IMG/VR virus record: IMGVR_UViG_3300023179_005195
Coordinates: 53,211-73,210 of that record
Strand: one strand, 5' to 3'
DNA length: 20,000 nt
Source: an uncultured virus (IMG/VR IMGVR_UViG_3300023179_005195)
Taxonomy: Duplodnaviria > Heunggongvirae > Uroviricota > Caudoviricetes
Part shown: positions 16,237-20,000 of the stretch, piece after piece
How the letters are laid out: every line of letters starts with the position of its first letter
Numbering within the stretch: the first letter of the stretch is position 1
Notes under the pieces: model-generated
Seen by the model: the letters and a program-made list of their open reading frames with translations, nothing else
What the model was told of the DNA's origin: nothing
Database searches by the model: none
Translations under genes and position numbers: made by a program

Positions 16237-17460
16237 ATGACATTTTATAAAAAAATGGATGAAATTGCTATCATTGGATTAGGTATAGTCGATGCCTTAG
16301 GGGAAGATATTAATATTAATTGGAATAGGTACTTACAGGCTCAATCTCCAATATCCGAAATTAAAAATTTTGATAAAAAAACTTACCCTGCTATCAAAAT
16401 AAATGGTGCTTTTCAAATTAACGATGCTGAAATAAAACTAGACTTTTTAGATAATACAGAACAAAAAAATCTAGATAGATATTCTATAATTGGTTTATAC
16501 TCAGCTAATAGGGCTGTGCTTGATGCCAATATTATGAATAAAACTAATACTGGTGTTATATTTGGGTCGTTAGGTGGTCCTCAAAAACTAATATTAGAGA
16601 ATGTTTCTAAATTAATTGACAATAAAAGGCTAAGCCCTAGACAGGCTTTAGCAGCTCAGAGAGACAATTTAGGTTATTTAATTTGTAAAAAGTTTGGATT
16701 CAAAGGTATAAATCTATGTATGACTAGTGCCTGTGCTACTGGAATACTCATGATAGATTATGCTGTAAGATTACTACAGGCAGAAGTTTATGATCAAATT
16801 CTTGTAGGTGCGTGTGATGTAATGGTAGATCCTATTGATATTTTTATGTTTCAATCCATAGGAGCTTTGGATTTAAGAGAACCGCCTATATCATCACCGT
16901 TTGATAAAGATCGTAAGGGTTTTGTAATGGGTGAAGGTGCTTGTTCATTGGTTTTGAAGTCATTGCCTAAAGCGGAAAAAGATGGAGATAATGTTCTAGC
17001 CGTGATTAAATCTATTGGTTTCGCAACAGAATTATATCACGAAACCGGAATGGACCCAGCAGCTATAGGAGCTAGACAAAGTATAGATATGGCACTTAAA
17101 TACGCTAATTTACAAAGAGATCAGATATCTATAATAAGTTGTCATGCTACAAGCACGCCGAACGGTGATCCATCAGAATATAATATTATAAAGGAGTATT
17201 TTCCTAATTCTGCTTTAATGGCTTTAAAGGCTAATATTGGTCATACTATGTCTGCCTGTGGATTAATTGAATTAGCATATCTTATTCAATCTATGAATAT
17301 GAATAAAATAGGAAGAATTGCAAATTTAAAAAATCCAATCGATATATTAATATCTGATAATCATAAAAGGGAATTTCCAAATTTTAAATATGGCATAAAA
17401 AACAGTTTTGGTTTCGGTGGTAAATGTGCTGCTGTTGTAGTGGAGAAATTTGATGGATAA
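16237..17460 (+). CDS. fabF: Beta-ketoacyl-ACP synthase (FabF/FabB-like)
   Basis: Catalytic Cys-His-His triad (SACATG, CHATST, GHTMSA), PFDKDRKGFVMGEG and NSFGFGG. Confidence 0.9.
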   Translation: MTFYKKMDEIAIIGLGIVDALGEDININWNRYLQAQSPISEIKNFDKKTYPAIKINGAFQINDAEIKLDFLDNTEQKNLDRYSIIGLYSANRAVLDANIMNKTNTGVIFGSLGGPQKLILENVSKLIDNKRLSPRQALAAQRDNLGYLICKKFGFKGINLCMTSACATGILMIDYAVRLLQAEVYDQILVGACDVMVDPIDIFMFQSIGALDLREPPISSPFDKDRKGFVMGEGACSLVLKSLPKAEKDGDNVLAVIKSIGFATELYHETGMDPAAIGARQSIDMALKYANLQRDQISIISCHATSTPNGDPSEYNIIKEYFPNSALMALKANIGHTMSACGLIELAYLIQSMNMNKIGRIANLKNPIDILISDNHKREFPNFKYGIKNSFGFGGKCAAVVVEKFDG

Positions 17461-18070
17461 AGATGATTTTTCAATTAAAATTTTAGACATTGATGATTTA
17501 GACGCATATATAGAGTTGTTTAATAATAGTGACAAGTTTTTAAATCAAAGAAAAACTATCGACTTTTCTAATTTTATGATTGAAAAATTTACTAATGACT
17601 TCGAAGAAAAACAAAGAATAATTGTTGGTGCGTATTATAATAATAAGTTAGTATGTTCTGTTAACGGATATTTTCCAGACAATATACAATATTGGTACGC
17701 ACATAGACATTTTTCCAATTTCGAAAAAAAAGATTTAGGTAATTATAAATTAAGTATGAATATATACGGTAAGTGCATGTATATTCTAATGAATCATGGA
17801 GAAAAGAACGGATATTATAGTTTTTATAGTAGACGACCTTTAAAACATCAACAGGCGCTAGATAAAATTTGGAAAAAATTTAATGAAGAAGGTATTATAG
17901 AAAACAAATATAACTGTTTTTACGAAGCTGTATATGCAGTTGGAGAAACTTGTAGATCCCCTCTTCATAAATTTTATTTTCCCGAACATAAGAAAACTTT
18001 CGAAGTAGAAACAATTATTTGTCTGTTTGCTCTAAAACAAAAATATAGGCTTAAATTGTTAAATTTATAA
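17453..18070 (+). CDS. Hypothetical protein, possible GNAT-fold acyltransferase
   Basis: IKILDIDDLDAYIELF and IIVGAYYNNKLVCSV resemble the GNAT beta1-alpha1 and beta2-beta3 elements; SD GGAG; overlaps the fabF stop. Fold is inferred. Confidence 0.5.
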   Translation: MDKDDFSIKILDIDDLDAYIELFNNSDKFLNQRKTIDFSNFMIEKFTNDFEEKQRIIVGAYYNNKLVCSVNGYFPDNIQYWYAHRHFSNFEKKDLGNYKLSMNIYGKCMYILMNHGEKNGYYSFYSRRPLKHQQALDKIWKKFNEEGIIENKYNCFYEAVYAVGETCRSPLHKFYFPEHKKTFEVETIICLFALKQKYRLKLLNL

Positions 18071-18071
18071 T

Positions 18072-18953
18072 CTAATTTTCTATGTTTTTGATTTGTTTTA
18101 TTATTTCTCTTTTAAAATAGACATCATTATCGTCTTTCAATATAAAGATACCTTGATCTAACAATGCAGTTTTTACTTTATCAGAATTCAAAATCCTAGA
18201 TAAAGCTTGTTTTTGCGTTTGAATTGCACTTTCATTTATACTTTCATTCGCTACAAATCCAAAAATTGTATCTGTTACTACGAACTCATCAATAACTGGT
18301 ATATTAGGAAAATATATTTTATTAGAAAAGCTAGCAACTAATCTTATAGAATTTGAATCAATTTGACTCTTGACAGCCGTATATGGGGCTATTACATATG
18401 AAATATGTTTTCCTATAAGGTCTTTTAGAGCAGGACCAACTCCATTATATTCTATATTTTTAGACTTGAAAGCCTTTAAAAATATCAAAAACTGATTTAT
18501 AACATAAGAATTTCCTAAAGCACCACCACCTAAATTAATTTCCTTATATTTTATTTCATGAATAATTTCATCTATATTCTTAAAATTATCTTTGTATGTA
18601 ACTAAAACCATAGGGCTACTGCCGATTAATTTAACATAGGTTAAATTTTTAGAATGATAATTTACAACATTTGAAGTCAATTTAGATGAAAAAACAAGTT
18701 GCGATTGAGACACCAAACATAGTGTTAAAGGATCTGCATTTTTAATGCATTCATTTAAAGCAATTACTCCTCCTGCTCCAGGTTTTGTGACTAATATTGA
18801 ATTTATTCCTTCATCTCCGAATCCTTTTTGTATAATAGTCCCTATCAGGTATTGTCCTCCACCAGGAGGAAATCCTACTAATATTTTAAACTGTTCATTT
18901 GCAAAAATGTTTGTAGAAAAGAAAAGTAACAGTGTTGTTATTATAATTTTCAT
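18072..18953 (-). CDS. Tripartite tricarboxylate transporter substrate-binding protein (TctC/Bug-like)
   Basis: Signal peptide, ILVGFPPGGG, KPGAGGVIA and YNGVGPALKDLIGKHI. Confidence 0.8.
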   Translation of the reverse strand: MKIIITTLLLFFSTNIFANEQFKILVGFPPGGGQYLIGTIIQKGFGDEGINSILVTKPGAGGVIALNECIKNADPLTLCLVSQSQLVFSSKLTSNVVNYHSKNLTYVKLIGSSPMVLVTYKDNFKNIDEIIHEIKYKEINLGGGALGNSYVINQFLIFLKAFKSKNIEYNGVGPALKDLIGKHISYVIAPYTAVKSQIDSNSIRLVASFSNKIYFPNIPVIDEFVVTDTIFGFVANESINESAIQTQKQALSRILNSDKVKTALLDQGIFILKDDNDVYFKREIIKQIKNIEN

Positions 18954-19999
18954 AATTTATACCAAGGTGTAAAATAAGTTTTAAATTTGTTTAACTCCTT
19001 GAAGAAGTATTTTTCATCTAAAACTGTTTTCCAATCTGTTAAATGACTATTATATTTTTCGATCACATTTGAAAAATCTGCACTATTTATGTATATCTTA
19101 TCCCGTGACCTTCCAACTTGGTTATACGGTTGAGGTTTATTAACTTGAAATGTATCATTATTCCAAGTTGAATATATTAAAGGAATAACAGCTTTTCGAT
19201 AGGCATCATATATTAAATGTAAGTTTTTTTGATCTATATTTTTAATATCCATCATTTTTTTATAAGTTTCATTTTTTGAAAAGAAATCATATACTACTTG
19301 TGCCTGTTTAAATGCTATCTCGGGCATATCAGGAGTCCAGTAAAATAATTCAACCAAGCTAAAGTTTTTAAGGTCTTTTTTAATACATCTCGATGCAGAA
19401 GAGATTTCTTGGTCTGAGAATAGCACAAATCCTTCATTATTTTTAATAACTACTATAGGTTTATCTATTCCAAAAATAGAGCAGGTTTTTGTTCCAGAAT
19501 TTAAATTTCTGTCAATCGTACTTGAATATGAGGATTGTCTTAACAATTCAAACAAACCTATAAAGTTATTCGATTGTAAAAACATATCTTCATGTATAAT
19601 CTTGCTTAAATTTTTTTCAAAAATATCCTCTACATTTATTCTAATGTTTGGATAGTTTTTTGCAATATACTCTAAAGAGGGTTTAATCACATAATCCCAC
19701 TCGCTAAAGATATTTTCAGCATTTTTGTTATTTTTATTAGGCGTATAAATCTTTTCATCAACTGACGCACTTCTCTGAACATAAATTTCATCTAGTCTTA
19801 TATTATTATTCAAAAAGGTCATTAAGACATTATGGCTGTCTGCACCTCCACTATAGTTTAGAATTATGTAGTCATATTTTTCTCTTAGTTGCAAAGCCCG
19901 ATTTTTATAGATAGTTTCCAAATTAATATTTTCTAAAGTATGCATTTTAGTTTTAGAAAAATTATTCCATACATTATTATAAAAATGCCAGCTTATCTC
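18950..19999 (-). CDS. PP-loop (adenine nucleotide alpha hydrolase) protein, 5'-truncated by the window edge
   Basis: LNYSGGADSHN PP-loop, FGIDKP and ELFYWTPDMP. The frame stays open from the ORF-track start (19945) to the window edge (EISWHFYNNVWNNFSKTK-M), so the true start is probably outside the window. Confidence 0.75.
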   Translation of the reverse strand, partial: EISWHFYNNVWNNFSKTKMHTLENINLETIYKNRALQLREKYDYIILNYSGGADSHNVLMTFLNNNIRLDEIYVQRSASVDEKIYTPNKNNKNAENIFSEWDYVIKPSLEYIAKNYPNIRINVEDIFEKNLSKIIHEDMFLQSNNFIGLFELLRQSSYSSTIDRNLNSGTKTCSIFGIDKPIVVIKNNEGFVLFSDQEISSASRCIKKDLKNFSLVELFYWTPDMPEIAFKQAQVVYDFFSKNETYKKMMDIKNIDQKNLHLIYDAYRKAVIPLIYSTWNNDTFQVNKPQPYNQVGRSRDKIYINSADFSNVIEKYNSHLTDWKTVLDEKYFFKELNKFKTYFTPWYKL

Positions 20000-20000
20000 C

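Noticed and set aside
11340..18070. Calling the island a canonical polyyne biosynthetic cluster
   Set aside because: The desaturases look Delta-9-like, and the usual fatty acyl-AMP ligase, ACP, thioesterase and rubredoxin genes are not in the window.

Overview
AT-rich, gene-dense window using the standard genetic code. It most likely comes from a large (T4-like/jumbo) bacteriophage, inferred from tightly overlapping genes, CCA-encoding tRNAs, TAAATA-type late-promoter motifs, a small basic '...YRGQGK' protein and auxiliary metabolic genes; no virion or replication gene is present to confirm this. The left half (1-11 kb, all minus strand) carries folE, a HEXXH protein, a methyltransferase/glycosyltransferase/2OG-oxygenase block, a metallophosphoesterase, a PsiE-like gene, and an NDP-sugar operon (cupin, C-methyltransferase, Gfo/Idh/MocA-like reductase with an apparent CTG start, ArnA-like decarboxylase). 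Three tRNA genes follow under a perfect sigma70 promoter: Ile2-CAU, Leu-UAA and a structurally aberrant 95-nt tRNA with a UAU anticodon, a tRNA-Sec-like D arm and a long extra arm. The right half is a lipid-tailoring island with four membrane fatty-acid desaturases interleaved with two Fe(II)/2OG-type oxygenases, a FabF/B ketosynthase and a GNAT-like protein. It converges on a TctC/Bug-like binding protein and a 5'-truncated PP-loop ATPase. The strongest novelty candidates are the desaturase/oxygenase/ketosynthase cluster and the aberrant UAU tRNA.
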